Virus record (IMG/VR): IMGVR_UViG_3300015371_000008
Span: 1 to 64,000 of that record
Source of the DNA: a virus
Reading direction: 5' to 3' (one strand)
DNA length: 64,000 nucleotides
Positions 54,352-63,454 of this stretch are shown here, piece after piece (within the stretch, counting starts at the first letter, position 1; the number at the start of each line of letters is the position of its first letter). The notes under the pieces were generated by a model, which saw only the letters and a program-made list of their open reading frames with translations, was not told where the DNA came from and did no database searches. The translations under genes were made by a program, and so were the position numbers.

Positions 54352-54837
54352 CTACTTGCGGGTGGTGCTGGAACGGAAGGTGCCGGTGCTGCCGGACTTG
54401 GGCTGCCGCCGGTCGTCGCCGGACTTGACGCTCCCGCCGTAGCCGGGCTTGGCCTGGTAGGTCGGGGCGATGCCGAGCGTCTTGCGCACCGCCTCGTTGT
54501 AGGAGCGGGCCGCGCCTTGGGCGCGAGCGCTGCCGCCGTAGCGGGGATCACGAACCGTGGTCAGGACGTTGACGGGGCGGTGCGTTGCGCCGCCGCGCAC
54601 GTACCAGCGGTTGCCAGTGCGGTAGGTGGAGCCGCCGTAGTACCAGACTGGCGGATAGTAGACGCCGCCGTAGTACCAGTTGGCATGATCCACGCAGTAG
54701 TCATCGGGTACGACCTGGACGGAACCGTCGGGGTAGGTCGCCGTGCACTGCTGAAGTACGTAGGTGGGGCTGGAGCCGCAGGCGGTCAGGGCCGCGATGG
54801 CGGTGGCGGCGGCTACTGCCAGGGGGAGGGTTTTCAT
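54352..54837 (-). CDS. lipoprotein
   Basis: Signal peptide with LTAC lipobox; Tyr/Gly-rich with basic tail. Confidence 0.8.
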   Translation of the reverse strand: MKTLPLAVAAATAIAALTACGSSPTYVLQQCTATYPDGSVQVVPDDYCVDHANWYYGGVYYPPVWYYGGSTYRTGNRWYVRGGATHRPVNVLTTVRDPRYGGSARAQGAARSYNEAVRKTLGIAPTYQAKPGYGGSVKSGDDRRQPKSGSTGTFRSSTTRK

Positions 54838-55167
54838 GGCGTTCCTCTCATCAGCGCCGGGGCCGGGAGTGGCCTGGCTACCTGAGGTGCACTCGCGGGC
54901 GGGGATGTGGTTGGGGGCCCGCGAGGGCACGGCCAGGGGGCCAGCTCTACCTATCGGCCGCTCTGGGAGACGCGGATGGCGCGGTGCCGGACGTTGGTCC
55001 GGTTGCCTCGCTGGGCACGCCGGTGGCGGTTGCCGACCGGGGTGTAGCGCGGGTCGGGCTCGATGGTCGGGTACTCGTCGTCCATGTCGCGGTGCATCTA
55101 AGACTCCTGTGGTCAGGGGGCCGGTGTCGCTCAACCCGGTGGATCCCCGTCTGTTGTGTTAACTCAG

Positions 55168-55196
55168 AACGTACAGTCATTTAGCGGCTAGCGCAA
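55168..55196 (-). promoter_or_regulatory. class I promoter
   Basis: TTGCGC-17-TACGTT with CGCTAAATG. Confidence 0.7.
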
Positions 55197-55671
55197 GCTC
55201 GTTGAGCCGATTCCCTTCAGAACTTCGCCCACCTCGTCAACGACCAGCCGGGGCAGGTCGTTCCGTGCAGGCATCTTCCGCACACGCAGACGCCCACCGT
55301 CCAGCTCTTCCAGCACGCCACAGCGCACCAGGGACAGCTCCGCGAAGGCGAACCACGCCTCCGCCGCATCGGCGTCGTCCGGGCGCCGCATCGGCGTCGT
55401 CCGGGCGCTGTACGTCCACGTCAGCGGCGCACGCCGCCACGGCGGCCACGCCGGACGGGAAGACGTCGCCGGGCAGCAGGCCGCGATACAGCGGCGCCTC
55501 ACCGAGCCCAGGCTTGATGCTGGTGCAGCGGATGTGCGGCAGTTCGCCGCCGTGCAGGGCTGCGACGATGAGCTGGCAGCGCCGGTAGCAGTCCATGTAG
55601 TCGCGGCCGGGCTCGCCCACCATGAAGGTGTCCAGGCCGGGCCACGTGACCACGTGCAGGGTGTAGGTCAT
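55188..55671 (-). pseudogene. gene frameshifted by a 22-bp tandem duplication
   Basis: RPDDADAA appears in two frames; removing one copy joins the ORFs. Confidence 0.7.
55363..55406. repeat. perfect 2 x 22-bp tandem repeat
   Basis: GCCGCATCGGCGTCGTCCGGGC twice. Confidence 0.95.
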
Positions 55672-55777
55672 GACTCACCCTCCTGCCGGGGGTAGGGGCG
55701 GCGGCGGCCGGTCGGCACACCGCGCCGGGTCTGGCGCAGACCTTTGCGCCAGACCCGGGCGTTGTCGGCGGGACGCA

Positions 55778-56089
55778 TCAGGCGTCCGCCTGGTTGAGGT
55801 AGTGCAGGGGGCAAACGCTGATTGACCAGTAGGTGACCGGCTCGATCCAGATGCCGTCCAGGTTCGCAGCGTGGATGCCGTTGACGCGGGCCTTGGCGTC
55901 GTCGAGGTCGAATCGGATAGACCAGTCGTCCGGGCCTTCCTCCCACACGATCGCCCAGCGGGTGGGGGCCGACTCTAGCCAGTCCCAGTTCTCGATCAGT
56001 TCGGGACTGCGTGTGTCGGTGAGGTAGGCGGGGTGCGTGGCTCGGACGGCGGCGAGGACGGCCTCTGCCTGTTCACGGGTAACAGCCAT
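55778..56089 (-). CDS. hypothetical protein
   Basis: AGGAG SD plus GAGCGAC. Confidence 0.75.
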   Translation of the reverse strand: MAVTREQAEAVLAAVRATHPAYLTDTRSPELIENWDWLESAPTRWAIVWEEGPDDWSIRFDLDDAKARVNGIHAANLDGIWIEPVTYWSISVCPLHYLNQADA

Positions 56090-56167
56090 GATCTTCTCCT
56101 AGGTTGTCGCTCTTGCGCGCCCCCGTCGGTCGCGAACCGGCGCCGCCGATGCGGGCGGAGGCTGCGG

Positions 56168-56401
56168 CTACGGCCGCTTGACGTATTCGCCGGGCGCCAC
56201 CGTGAAGGTGCTGCCGTCGGCGTACTTCTCGATCCAGCCGAGTGAACCGGTGACGCGCGGGTTGTGCGGGACGCGCCGCTTGATCCATCGGTCGCAGGTG
56301 GTGCAGTGGCTGCGGTCGTTCAGCTTGAGGTTGGTGCACTTCACTTCGACGGTGGACTTCGGGTAGTGGCTGTTCTGGTACTTGGTGCGGCGGTTGGCCA
56401 T
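56168..56401 (-). CDS. hypothetical protein
   Basis: GGGGAG SD. Confidence 0.65.
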   Translation of the reverse strand: MANRRTKYQNSHYPKSTVEVKCTNLKLNDRSHCTTCDRWIKRRVPHNPRVTGSLGWIEKYADGSTFTVAPGEYVKRP

Positions 56402-56404
56402 GAC

Positions 56405-56665
56405 TTACTCCCCGCCTTCAAGGTCGGCCTTGAGACCGGTGACCATGACGTACGTGGTGCCGTAGGGGTCCTCGATCACATAACCGGCGTCGTCGAGTGT
56501 CTTGGCGATCTGCGTCGCCGTGTGGACGGCGACCAGAGTTGTGGCGTGGATGGCAAGGACCTTGATCTCCGTGCTGCTCCAACTGACGAGGACATCTCGC
56601 GGCACGGCGTATCCGGCGGCGCGGACGGTTCTGATGATGTCGGCGGTGTCGAACTTGACGGCCAT
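56405..56665 (-). CDS. hypothetical protein
   Basis: AGGAG SD plus class I leader. Confidence 0.7.
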   Translation of the reverse strand: MAVKFDTADIIRTVRAAGYAVPRDVLVSWSSTEIKVLAIHATTLVAVHTATQIAKTLDDAGYVIEDPYGTTYVMVTGLKADLEGGE

Positions 56666-56749
56666 TTCGTTTCTCCTGTTGGTTGTCGCTCTCAACACAA
56701 CCTACTGTACACCCATTTAGCGTTACGTCAAGGTGTGCTGATGGCGGAT

Positions 56750-57109
56750 CTACGCGGCGTTCCGGGCCGCCGCACGCGCCTCCCGCTCCGCACGCAACCC
56801 GACGAACCGGCCATGCCGGAGGGCATTCTGGTTGCCCTTCGGCGCCCCGCCCTTGGCCGGTTCGTAGTTCTTGAACCACTCCCACGCCTGCTCCACGTTC
56901 CACACCCGGCAGGTCGGGCCGTAACCCTGCCGAACCCGGCAAGGCTCCGGCATGCCGGTCCTGTCACGGTGGATGTACCAGCTATTGACCTGCTTGTCGG
57001 TGATGTAACGGACGCCGCCCTTCGACTCGGCGGAGCGGGCAGTGAACAGGACGGCCAACTCCTTGGCGGAAGCGTCGGGATTGCGGCCGAGAATCGAGTC
57101 GCTCATCAA
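56750..57109 (-). CDS. putative HTH/excisionase-like DNA-binding protein
   Basis: SAKELA...ITDKQVNSW...GMPEP...VWNVEQAWEWF. Confidence 0.55.
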   Translation of the reverse strand: MMSDSILGRNPDASAKELAVLFTARSAESKGGVRYITDKQVNSWYIHRDRTGMPEPCRVRQGYGPTCRVWNVEQAWEWFKNYEPAKGGAPKGNQNALRHGRFVGLRAEREARAAARNAA

Positions 57110-57121
57110 GGTTTCTCCGAT

Positions 57122-57742
57122 CTATCCGAAGGCACCCCAGACGCGGTACGGCACACCCATCGTGATGGCGTGCCGCACCGTCGCCGAGGTGCCAGGGCTG
57201 TTGTTGTAGTTCCACGCCATCAGCAGGGAGACGCGGGCGTCCGGGATCGGCGTGTAGTGCTTGCGTTCGCACCTGTTCGGCGGGCCGTCGTACAGGTAGC
57301 CGACCACGTTCGGGTTACGCCAATGCCCGGCCGATGGGCAGTAGTCGGGCAGGTGGCCCCGGCGCGGATGGTCCGGGTAGCCGGGGTTGGGTCGCCGGTG
57401 CGGCGAACCGTCGGCCTTGAACTCTTTGCAGTGCGGGTTGCAGGCGGCCCAGTCGGCGGGCAACCGCTCCTCGATGATCTCGACGTCGGCGCGATTCGGG
57501 ATAGCGGGACCCGCCTGGCCCTGCATGTGCGCGACCAGCGCGCTGCGGGGCGAAGATGCCCAGCGGTGCGCGATGGCGTCGGGGCCCTCGTCGGCGTCGC
57601 CGTGCCGCACGTACAGGGTGGAGTTCTCCGGCATGCGCAGCAGGTAGTCCGACAGTTCGTCGGTGACGACCGCATGCCACGCTGGACCCTGAGGCCATCC
57701 GACGGATCCGGCGATGGCCAGCCGCCGCCACGGCCTGCTCAT
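57122..57742 (-). CDS. SLOG (YspA-like) family protein
   Basis: AIAGS, VRHGDA..GPDAIA, PADW, AGHWRN, SPGT. Confidence 0.75.
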   Translation of the reverse strand: MSRPWRRLAIAGSVGWPQGPAWHAVVTDELSDYLLRMPENSTLYVRHGDADEGPDAIAHRWASSPRSALVAHMQGQAGPAIPNRADVEIIEERLPADWAACNPHCKEFKADGSPHRRPNPGYPDHPRRGHLPDYCPSAGHWRNPNVVGYLYDGPPNRCERKHYTPIPDARVSLLMAWNYNNSPGTSATVRHAITMGVPYRVWGAFG

Positions 57743-58506
57743 GCCGCTTCCCGGCGCTGTGCGGTCGCCTGCGGGCCGCTCGCCGCGCTGCGCATGTGGC
57801 GCCACCACAGTCCGGCGCGGGCCGCCCAGATGACCCAGCGGGGCGCGTAGGCCATGTCGTACAGGGCCATCGCCCACTCCACATCGCCGCGTGCCGTATG
57901 GGCGTCGTAGGCGCCAGGGTCCACACCCAGGGCGCGGGACAGGTCCTTGGAGTACCAGTGCGGCCGGATGCCGAGCCGGGCGGCGGCGGCGGTCTCAGCG
58001 TCGAAGATGTGGTGATGCCACGGCGGTTCGGAGTCGATCAGGCCGTGGCGGCGCAGCAGATCGCCGATACCCAGGTCTTCGAATCCGGGGACGCAGCCGA
58101 TCAGGACAGGCTTGGCGTCCATGCCGGTCAGGCCGGATGTCGGCCGGAACATGTAAGCGACGTCTGCGGCCAGTGCCGCCTCCACCGCCACCGGGTCGTA
58201 GGCGCCGTTGCGTTGCGGGTGCCGCTCGTCGAAGCGGCCGTAGCGGTTCATCAGGGCGAGCTGTTCGGGGTCGTCCAGGTTGAACGGCAGGTCCTCCAGT
58301 CGGACGAACGCCTGCAACCACTCTTCGGAGCCGTCGGGGTTGCGGCGGCATAGGGCGATGTCCCAGATGCGGCGGCCGTCGAGCAGGAACGGCAGGCGCA
58401 GGCCGCCGCGTCTGCCGCCGGTCTCGGTGTCGGCGAACACCAGCGCCGGACCTTTCGGCTGGTACGACGGGGGCAGCATGCCGAGCATCGGGTAGTGCAG
58501 GGACAT
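57739..58506 (-). CDS. DnaQ-like 3'-5' exonuclease
   Basis: DEDDh motifs DTETGG and HTARGDV. Confidence 0.85.
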   Translation of the reverse strand: MSLHYPMLGMLPPSYQPKGPALVFADTETGGRRGGLRLPFLLDGRRIWDIALCRRNPDGSEEWLQAFVRLEDLPFNLDDPEQLALMNRYGRFDERHPQRNGAYDPVAVEAALAADVAYMFRPTSGLTGMDAKPVLIGCVPGFEDLGIGDLLRRHGLIDSEPPWHHHIFDAETAAAARLGIRPHWYSKDLSRALGVDPGAYDAHTARGDVEWAMALYDMAYAPRWVIWAARAGLWWRHMRSAASGPQATAQRREAA

Positions 58507-58768
58507 GGGCGGGCTCCTCTCATGCCCTCCGGGGGCCGAAGCCCCCGGGGGATGGTGCCGGATGGCGGGGTTACTGTCGCGGCCTCAGCGCAGGCTGCTC
58601 GCGGCCAGGTGGCGCAGTACGGCGATGGCGACGACGGCGGCGGCCAGGATCAGAGCGCTTATAGCAGCACAGTGGAGGTGCAGCCGGTGGCCAGCCACAG
58701 GATGACGAACGGGGTGAACGGCGCGGCGGACAGGGCGATCCAGAACGCCATGATGGCGAGGCGGCGGT

Positions 58769-59113
58769 TCACGCGACACGCGCCCGCTCGTGGAACGGCA
58801 CGATCATGTGGAGGCGGAGCGCGTCGGTCCGGCCGAACGGCCGGGAGACCGCTGTCCACTCGTCGTGCCGGTAGGCGCGCTTCCACTCGTACCAGCGCAG
58901 GAGGGTGGGTGCCAAGCCGGTGACGCGGTCGTACTTGAGGGCGAGGCGCTTGAGCCGGTCACCGCTGTCGTCGAGCAGGGTGAGGGTCTGGTCGCCGACG
59001 AACAGTTCGCCGTCGGGCTGACCGTGGGTGACGTCCTTGGAGATGACGATCGTGTAGGTCTTGAACAGGAACGGGAAGGCAAGCCTCAGGTAGAGGCCGA
59101 CGTACTCCTTCAT
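58769..59113 (-). CDS. hypothetical protein
   Basis: AGGAG SD plus GAGCGAC. Confidence 0.7.
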   Translation of the reverse strand: MKEYVGLYLRLAFPFLFKTYTIVISKDVTHGQPDGELFVGDQTLTLLDDSGDRLKRLALKYDRVTGLAPTLLRWYEWKRAYRHDEWTAVSRPFGRTDALRLHMIVPFHERARVA

Positions 59114-59219
59114 GTTGATCTCCTGACTGGCCGGGTCGCAGGTCGCTCACCGAGACGACGGCCGGGGATGGTGGGACTCGCCTACGGCGGTCCTAGATTC
59201 GTGGGTATCAAACACAACC

Positions 59220-59248
59220 ATTGTGTCAGTCATTTAGCGTGTGGTCAA
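59220..59248 (-). promoter_or_regulatory. class I promoter
   Basis: TTGACC-17-CACAAT with CGCTAAATG. Confidence 0.7.
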
Positions 59249-59309
59249 GAATGGGAACGGCCCCCGCCGGGGAGTGGCGGGGGCCGTTCGATCTGGAGGC
59301 CGGTGGCGG

Positions 59310-59951
59310 TCAGGCCAGGTCGTTGCTGCTGATCGCGAACTCCGGCATCCGGTAGATCATGCGGTCGCGGAACCGGTCGTTCGCGGCGATCTCTTCCTCG
59401 CTTCGAAGGCCGCCACCGAGGCTGCGGAGAACGATCCGGATGGCGGCGATGACAGTCTTGCGGGTCAGGTCGCCCAGGTCGGCGTCGTGCTCGGTGACGC
59501 CCTGGAGAATGTCGGCGGCGATGTCGCCGAGGTGGATGGCGATGTGCGCGGACCGAAGGTGGCGTGCCTGGCTGGAAACGTGAATGCTGGACAGGTTGGC
59601 GATCTCCTCGCGGGCCTTGTCGGCGTCGTTCATGAACTCGTTGAGCGCCATCATGATGCGGCGGTCGTTGGAGACGGCGTCTCGCTTCTCGGCCAAGGAC
59701 TTGGCGGAGGAGGTTTTCGCCACTTCCTGCTTGACGAACCTCTCGACCCAGTCGGCCTTGGTGGCGGGCTTGGCGTCGTACTGGGACAGAGTGACGAGGT
59801 CGCGAAGTTCCGCGATGGTCATCCCGTTGGCCTTCTCGCGCAGTTCGTCGGCAAACTTGGCGATGCGCGGCTCCAGGATGGGCTCAGCTTCGGCCAGGGC
59901 GCGGGTGGCGGGGGTGTTCATGTTGTCGGTGTCGAACCGGGTGGCGGTCAT
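59310..59951 (-). CDS. helical protein with Rho-N/HeH-like motif, paralog 2
   Basis: MTIAELRDL...AKPATKADWVE. Confidence 0.75.
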   Translation of the reverse strand: MTATRFDTDNMNTPATRALAEAEPILEPRIAKFADELREKANGMTIAELRDLVTLSQYDAKPATKADWVERFVKQEVAKTSSAKSLAEKRDAVSNDRRIMMALNEFMNDADKAREEIANLSSIHVSSQARHLRSAHIAIHLGDIAADILQGVTEHDADLGDLTRKTVIAAIRIVLRSLGGGLRSEEEIAANDRFRDRMIYRMPEFAISSNDLA

Positions 59952-59987
59952 CTGTTTCTCCTGTGATTGTCGCTCCGAACACAACCA

Positions 59988-60016
59988 GCGATACATCCAT
60001 TTAGCGCGTACGTCAA
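59988..60016 (-). promoter_or_regulatory. class I promoter
   Basis: TTGACG-17-TATCGC with CGCTAAATG. Confidence 0.7.
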
Positions 60017-60090
60017 GGCTGTTATTCGTGTCGTTCGCGCCCCGCCTGGTCACGAACCGGCGCCCCCCGAAGAGGAGCGGGGCTGACGCA

Positions 60091-60777
60091 CTACGGCTTG
60101 ATCATGTCCACGGTGATCGGCATGCTCCGGTCCAGGGACATCACCAGAGCGCTGCGGAACCGCTCCGCCGCCGCCGCCTCCAGCAGATAGTCGGCCTTCA
60201 GCATGCTGGACAGCCCGTTGGCCAAGACCGCCGAAGGGAACTCGAACAGCGTCTCCATGGCTTCGGCGAGGGCCGCCAGGACGGCGTCACGCAGGTCGTC
60301 GCCCTTCTGTACGGCGCGGAGAACCCGGATCGCCCGACTGGCGGTCAGTTGCGCGATGGCGATGGAGTCGACCTGCCAGCGCATCACGGCGTACAGAGCC
60401 CTGCCGTTGGAGTCGTTGGCCAGTTCCCGCAGCTCCTTGTCGGCCGTGTCGGAGGCGTCGAGGAAGTCGTTTAGCTTCTCGGCCAGGTGCCGGTCCCGCT
60501 GCGCCTCCTTCTGGAGCTGCTTGAGCGTCTGGGCGGCGGCGGTCTTCTTCGACTCCTGATTGATGTACAGCTCGACCCAGTCGGCCTTGGTGGCGGGCTT
60601 GGCGTTGACCGGCTTGCCCACGAACTCCTTGAGTTCGGCCACGGTCATCTCCTCGGCCGCCTCGTACGCCTCCCGCGTTCGGGTGGCGACGGCGTCCAGG
60701 AGGACGTCCTTGGCTTCGGCCAGGGCGCGGGTAGCAGGGGTGTCGAGTGTGTCGATGTTGAAGCGGTTGGCGGTCAT
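60091..60777 (-). CDS. helical protein with Rho-N/HeH-like motif, paralog 1
   Basis: MTVAELKEF...AKPATKADWVE. Confidence 0.75.
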   Translation of the reverse strand: MTANRFNIDTLDTPATRALAEAKDVLLDAVATRTREAYEAAEEMTVAELKEFVGKPVNAKPATKADWVELYINQESKKTAAAQTLKQLQKEAQRDRHLAEKLNDFLDASDTADKELRELANDSNGRALYAVMRWQVDSIAIAQLTASRAIRVLRAVQKGDDLRDAVLAALAEAMETLFEFPSAVLANGLSSMLKADYLLEAAAAERFRSALVMSLDRSMPITVDMIKP

Positions 60778-60862
60778 CTGGCTACTCCTGTGGTTGTTGT
60801 CGCTCTGGAGTGCCCCGCCCGGTCATGAACCGGGAGCCGACTACGGTCGGGGCTGGTCGTGC

Positions 60863-61252
60863 TCAGTCGCTCAGGAGGTTGTTCAGCCCCCAGGTTTCGC
60901 TGCGGTCGTGCAGCTGAACGGGGCCCCGGGTGCCGAACAGGCTGATCCAGGCGTCCTCGTACAGGCTTCCGCCGCCCATTACGACCCAGGCGCCACCGGG
61001 CATGTACGGCGTGTGAGTCCTGCTGTCCGGCTCGGCCAGCGGGCGCAGGGTCGGGCCGTAGCCGATTCCGGCCACGATGACGGCGGGGGCGTCCGGGCGG
61101 ACCGGACGCAGTGCCGCGCCGTTCGTCAGCTTCAGGGCGTCCACGTCGGGTCCGACGATGGTGACGTCCCAGTAGGTGGCGCTGATTCCGCCGTTAGGGC
61201 TGTGGAACTGGCTCTTGAGGATCTGGCCCGGGATGCCGTGGGTGTAGTTCAT
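60863..61252 (-). CDS. hypothetical protein
   Basis: GGAGG SD; C-terminal LHDRSET. Confidence 0.75.
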   Translation of the reverse strand: MNYTHGIPGQILKSQFHSPNGGISATYWDVTIVGPDVDALKLTNGAALRPVRPDAPAVIVAGIGYGPTLRPLAEPDSRTHTPYMPGGAWVVMGGGSLYEDAWISLFGTRGPVQLHDRSETWGLNNLLSD

Positions 61253-61299
61253 GTCAGCGGTCCTCCGACTCCTGTTGCTTGTCGCTCCGAACACAACCA

Positions 61300-61328
61300 A
61301 CGGTACATCCATTTAGCGCGTACGGCAA
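61300..61328 (-). promoter_or_regulatory. class I promoter
   Basis: TTGCCG-17-TACCGT with CGCTAAATG. Confidence 0.75.
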
Positions 61329-61331
61329 GGG

Positions 61332-61787
61332 TTATCCGGAAGCGATGCCAGCAGCCGCCAGAATGCACACCTCATGCAGCATCTGGTCCACCAGCGTCTT
61401 GCCGTCGTCGTACCAGTCGCCGGACCCGGTCGCCTCCATGAACCGCTTGACCGGCCAGCGCCGGTCTATGACGGCGTGGGACGCCCACGAGAACGCCACA
61501 GCAGCGGCGGCGCGGCCGGGCCGGACCCGGACGCCGGTCGTCGCGGCTACCGCCGCCACGGTGGCGATGAGGGCCGCGTGGTAGGTGGCGCAGTGGCGCT
61601 GGTTCGCCTTCCACGTCTCCCGATTGGGCGTGCCGTTGTCCTGCCCCGTCTTCGGGTCGATGTTGTAGCCGGGCGCCGCCTTATGTGTGGCGTCGTGGTC
61701 GGTCTGGGGGCCGTAGTCGCCGAGCAGGTGGCCGACGCGGGCGGCGATGGCCAGGACGGCGAAGCGGATGGCACGGTCATGGTTCAT
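61332..61787 (-). CDS. DUF3307-like membrane protein
   Basis: GHLLGDY..QTD, SHAVIDRRW, DQMLH. Confidence 0.8.
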   Translation of the reverse strand: MNHDRAIRFAVLAIAARVGHLLGDYGPQTDHDATHKAAPGYNIDPKTGQDNGTPNRETWKANQRHCATYHAALIATVAAVAATTGVRVRPGRAAAAVAFSWASHAVIDRRWPVKRFMEATGSGDWYDDGKTLVDQMLHEVCILAAAGIASG

Positions 61788-61890
61788 GATTTCCTCCTGA
61801 TGACGTGTCGCTCGTTGAACGTCATTACAGACCTGATAGGGCACCGGGAACCCGTATTAGTACGGGTTCCCGGTGTGGCGTGGGACACCT

Positions 61891-63384
61891 TCATTCGAAG
61901 AAGGCGTCCAGCTTCTTCTTGAAGGAGCGCAGTGCCCTGTCCTTCTCCTTGATGTCGTGCTCCAGCTCCTCGTTGCGCGCCTCCAGGTAGGTCAGGCGCT
62001 CCTTCATGGCCGGGTACTCGGTCATCATCCGGAAGGCGGCTTCGGCCGGTGTCTCGTCCGCGCCGGTCGGTGCGGCACCGTTGACGATGGCGGCCGGGGC
62101 GGGAACCGCCACCGTCTTGGCCTTGGTCGGTTTCGGAGTGGCGGGTGTCACAGCAGCCGTCGGAGGCGCGTCCTCCTTTACCGGAGTCGGCTCGTCGGCG
62201 TGCGTGCGGCGCAGTGCCTCGGGGTGGACTTCCTTCAGGTGGGTGCGGTACTTCGGCGTACCGTCGAACCATTGCAGGCAGTCCAACTTCTGACACATGA
62301 CGTCGCTGTTCTTGTACTTGTCCGGATGGTCCCGCACTAGGTGCTTGCGGTAGGCGTAGGTGGTCAGGCGGACCGCGCCGCAGCCTTCCGGGCAGGGCAG
62401 GCCCGGCACTCCGACGGGGTGCTCTTCGGGGCGGGAGTTGAACTTGTTGATATGCGCCTGGGTGGCGTGCTCGACAGGATCGACGAACGCGCATCCGGTG
62501 GTGGGGCACGGGTAGAGCTTCACAGCTGCGGGAGTCTCCTCCGGTACGGTGGCGGGCTCCGGGGGGATTGACGCCGCGACCAGCGGTGCGAGGGTCGGGG
62601 TAGTGGTGGCGCTCATGGGGACTTCCTTCGGAGATGGCGCAGTCATGACGACCGGTTCGGCCACTGCTCTTCTGCCGTCGTCCCGGACACGCCACACATC
62701 CTTGCCGCCCTTGCGGGCAGTGGGGGCGGAAATCTGCTTTCGTAGCGCGCCGGTGCGGCGCATCTCAGGGATGAGCTGGACATACAGCCGCTTCAAGTCG
62801 TCGGCATCCGGCTGAACCGGGAGGTCCGGCCACAGGCTGCGTAGCACGTCGTACAGGTCTCCGGACCAGTCGTAGACGGTGACGCCCCGTTCTTGGACCG
62901 GGGGGACGTCGGCTGCCCTGGCAAGTTCGAGAACGGCGGCGGTGATCAGGTCCATGGAGTAGGAGGTGTCGGAGAGGATTTCGTCGGCGGCTTTTGTCAT
63001 GTCTACCTCGGGGGATTGGTTCGTTGTTGTGGGGGTGGCCTCTGGCAGCTGTTCGCTCGCCGCCGATGTTTCGTCGGCGACCTGTCGCCGGGCCTGTCTG
63101 GCTTGTTTCTGGAGTCGGTCGGGGCGGATCTCGATGCCCCAGCGGGCTAGCCGGGCTTCGACGTTGACCCGCTTCGACCCGTTGCCGAGCTGTGCGCCGA
63201 AGGTGATCGGCGGGTCCTGCGACCCAACCTTTGTGATCATGTATCCGTTTTTGGTCGTCCCCCTAATTTTGATCTGTGCGTCATCCTCGACGCTGGTCAG
63301 AATGATCGCTCCACCATCCTCCCGCCTGGTGAAGCCGTCAGCGGCACACACTTTGTCGATCAGTTCCGTTCCGTCGCTGACCAC
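61891..63384 (-). CDS. protein with tandem C2H2-like zinc fingers and coiled coil
   Basis: CPEGC...HLVRDH and CQKLDC...HLKEVH. Confidence 0.75.
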   Translation of the reverse strand: MVSDGTELIDKVCAADGFTRREDGGAIILTSVEDDAQIKIRGTTKNGYMITKVGSQDPPITFGAQLGNGSKRVNVEARLARWGIEIRPDRLQKQARQARRQVADETSAASEQLPEATPTTTNQSPEVDMTKAADEILSDTSYSMDLITAAVLELARAADVPPVQERGVTVYDWSGDLYDVLRSLWPDLPVQPDADDLKRLYVQLIPEMRRTGALRKQISAPTARKGGKDVWRVRDDGRRAVAEPVVMTAPSPKEVPMSATTTPTLAPLVAASIPPEPATVPEETPAAVKLYPCPTTGCAFVDPVEHATQAHINKFNSRPEEHPVGVPGLPCPEGCGAVRLTTYAYRKHLVRDHPDKYKNSDVMCQKLDCLQWFDGTPKYRTHLKEVHPEALRRTHADEPTPVKEDAPPTAAVTPATPKPTKAKTVAVPAPAAIVNGAAPTGADETPAEAAFRMMTEYPAMKERLTYLEARNEELEHDIKEKDRALRSFKKKLDAFFE

Positions 63385-63454
63385 GCGATCTCCTCTCGGT
63401 CAGGATTCCCGGGGCGGGTCTGGCTAGCCCGCCCAGGGGAATCGGATGGGGGTG

